From contig JBNRSN020000008.1 of assembly GCA_051313645.2 (NCBI GenBank), positions 203,608,001 through 203,672,000 of the forward strand: a stretch of DNA of 64,000 nucleotides. Reading direction: 5' to 3'. Shown here piece after piece: positions 61,736 to 64,000 of this stretch. The translations under genes were made by a program, and so were the position numbers. This DNA is from Centroscyllium fabricii. Its lineage: Eukaryota. The notes under the pieces are model-generated. The model made no database searches and was not told the DNA's origin. It saw only the letters and a list, made by a program, of their open reading frames with translations. Positions within the stretch are counted from its first letter, which is position 1, and each line of letters opens with the position of its first letter.

Positions 61736-62500
61736 AGGGGCTGTCACACCTTGACGTTTTAGCCAGCGTATGCAAATTTGGCTAAAACGCTGGTTTACGT
61801 CGGATACGTTATGGGTACGTTTTGTATACGTTAAGAGCACGCTGGCATACGCTGGCCATACGTTGCATACGTCGTTGTACTCCGAGTAAGTCGAGATTTT
61901 TTGAGCATGCACAAAAAATCTCGACGTATCTAGCGTATGATTCACACGTTCCGCATACGCTGGCCATACGTTGTAGGCACGTTAGGCGATCGTTGACACA
62001 CGTTACTTGTAAGTTAGTCGTACGTCAAAATACGTCGAGATAATGTCTAGCGTACCCGGAACTTATGTCTAACCTATGAGTAACGTGCTTTGAACCTATG
62101 TGTAACGTATCTCCAACGCATATTGACGTATTTGACGTCTTCCGGACGACCACAGAACTTATGCCCCTGTCATGCCCTGTCACACCTTGACGATTTAGCT
62201 AGCGTATGCCGACGTATCAAAATTTATCTAAAACGTCGGCGATACGCTGCCGCGCGCTATGCATACGTTAGACTATCGTTGGGCATAAGTTGTGAACGCC
62301 GACAACACGCTAAGCATTCGTTGGTATAAGTTATCTGTAAGTTATCGATACGTTCTGTGTACGTTACTAATACGTTATGCATACGTCCGACTCGTTATGA
62401 ATACACGATTATACGCCCAAAACTGAAAAAAAGGTCGAAAGTTCAGCGTTTTAGCCAAATTTGCATACGCTGGCTAAAACGTCAAGGTGTGACAGGGCCT
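61736..62500. mobile_element. PIF/Harbinger-type MITE
   Basis: ~55-bp TIRs (aggggctgtcacaccttgacgttttagccagcgtatgcaaatttggctaaaacgctg) with 3-bp TTA TSD; CpG-rich. Confidence 0.85.
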
Positions 62501-63597
62501 TTACATTTTATTTAAGGAACACTGGGATTAGAAATACTTGATTAGAAACAAAGAAAGAACTTGCATTTATTTAACCACTTTCACAAACTCAGGATGACCT
62601 AAAGCACTTTGCAGCCAATTAAGTACTTTTGAAGTGTAGTCGTTGTTGTACTGTTTGCTTAGTTATGCCCAATATCACTAATTCTTACAAATTATGCAAA
62701 ATAATTGCCACTTTAAAAAATATAAAATGCGGGGAGTAATGATTTTTAATTAAATAATAATGTATATTTTATTAATAACCAGTAAATTAATGAAACTGGA
62801 GCAGTTAGCGGGCAAGAGAAAAGGATGGGGCGGCGGGGAGGGAAGCAGCTGGATGAATGGTCTCTGTCGTGGATGACACATTTAGCCACAAAATTACGGA
62901 GAGGAAAGGCTGCAGTGGTCAGTGGGAATGCCAAGCGGGTTTTAAACGTCCAAGGCAAGAGAAAATACGCCTTACTTTCTTCATTAAAACCCATTTTTAA
63001 TCACGTTAAAATAACTCAGGTGGCAGTTAGTGCCAAGATAATGTTTTTGCAGCTAGAATGTTGTCCGACGTTCTGCGCTGAAATGAGGAGGAAGAAAAAG
63101 TAAAGGGGAGGAAAATTGCATGAAGCTTTTTTGCGCAACTGTTATATTACAAATTCACCCATAGGGTGGTCATGAAGAGGTTGGATGCTGGTCATTTTTG
63201 ATGCACACAACATGAAAAAGTATTAGAAATACTGACAGGACATCTTACCCAGAACGCTGTATTTCCACAGAAAGTATAGTATGATGCTGATGACACATTG
63301 GGGTACAATGGTTTGCATTTGGACCTACTGCGATATTCGTAATACTGTATTTACTGAACTGCCCACATGCTGATCATCTCTTCAGGCAGTAGGTGGCACT
63401 GCTGCACGCATTAAAAATAACATTTTAGAGCAAGTCTCGTCAACAGAAGTCCATTTAGACTCCGTTATGAAGAATCAAGACCAACTTCTTTTAAGATCAG
63501 AAAGTCAGCTGACAAAAGAGAACACAAATCACACCAGAATAATAAAGCTGAGAGTTACTAGTTCCTCAATGCCAAAGAACAGCATCATCGGCAGAAA

Positions 63598-64000
63598 TAA
63601 GAAACATAGAAACATAAGAAATAGGAGCGGGAATAGGCCACTTGGCCCCTCAAGCCTGCTCCGCCATTCAATAAGATCATGGCTGATCTTGGGCTCAAAT
63701 CCACTGCGCCGCCTGCTCCCCATAACCCTTCACTCCCTTAGCTTGCAAAAATCTGTATCTCCCCCTTAAACGTATTTAATGACCCAGCCTCCACAGCTCT
63801 CTGGGGCAGAGAATTCCACAGATTTACGACCCTCAGAAGAAATTCCTGCTCATCTCAGTTCTAAAAGGGCGACCCTTTATTCTAAAACTGTGCCCCCGAG
63901 TTCTAGATTTCCCCACGAGGGGAAACATCCTCTCTGAATCTACCTTGTCGAGCCCCCTCAGTATCTTAAATGTTTCAATAAGATCACCTCTCATTCTTCT
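63598..64000 (-). mobile_element. CR1 3' fragment (runs off the window)
   Basis: (acataagaa)n tail and ggcc..gcccctcaagcctgctccgccattcaat. Confidence 0.85.

Overview
Eukaryotic, repeat-dense DNA. HE1-type V-SINEs, DeuSINEs, CR1/HER1, L2, Rex1 and Penelope elements point to a cartilaginous fish (shark-like); the region looks intronic or intergenic. The centrepiece is a very young 10.6 kb class I (epsilon/gamma-like) endogenous retrovirus at 25970-36574 (+). It has two apparently identical 662-bp LTRs, a tRNA-Pro PBS, gag with one in-frame TAA, UGA-separated in-frame pro-pol, and an intact env. Pol carries an extra ~150-aa domain with two HxT motifs (2H phosphoesterase) between protease and RT. 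The Env TM has an ASLV/filovirus-like internal fusion loop. Other notable items: a decayed ~280-codon frame at 10.7-11.8 kb resembling the C-terminal part of a phenui-like bunyavirus L protein (candidate non-retroviral EVE); an inverted Penelope LTR pair with minimal hammerhead ribozymes; an RPL23A retrocopy split by CR1; a candidate minus-strand host first exon; a 6.5 kb hAT relic filled with nested insertions; NRF1/YY1-rich MITEs; a 5S-containing retroposon; and a 132-bp solo LTR. All family calls are by eye and memory; no searches were run.
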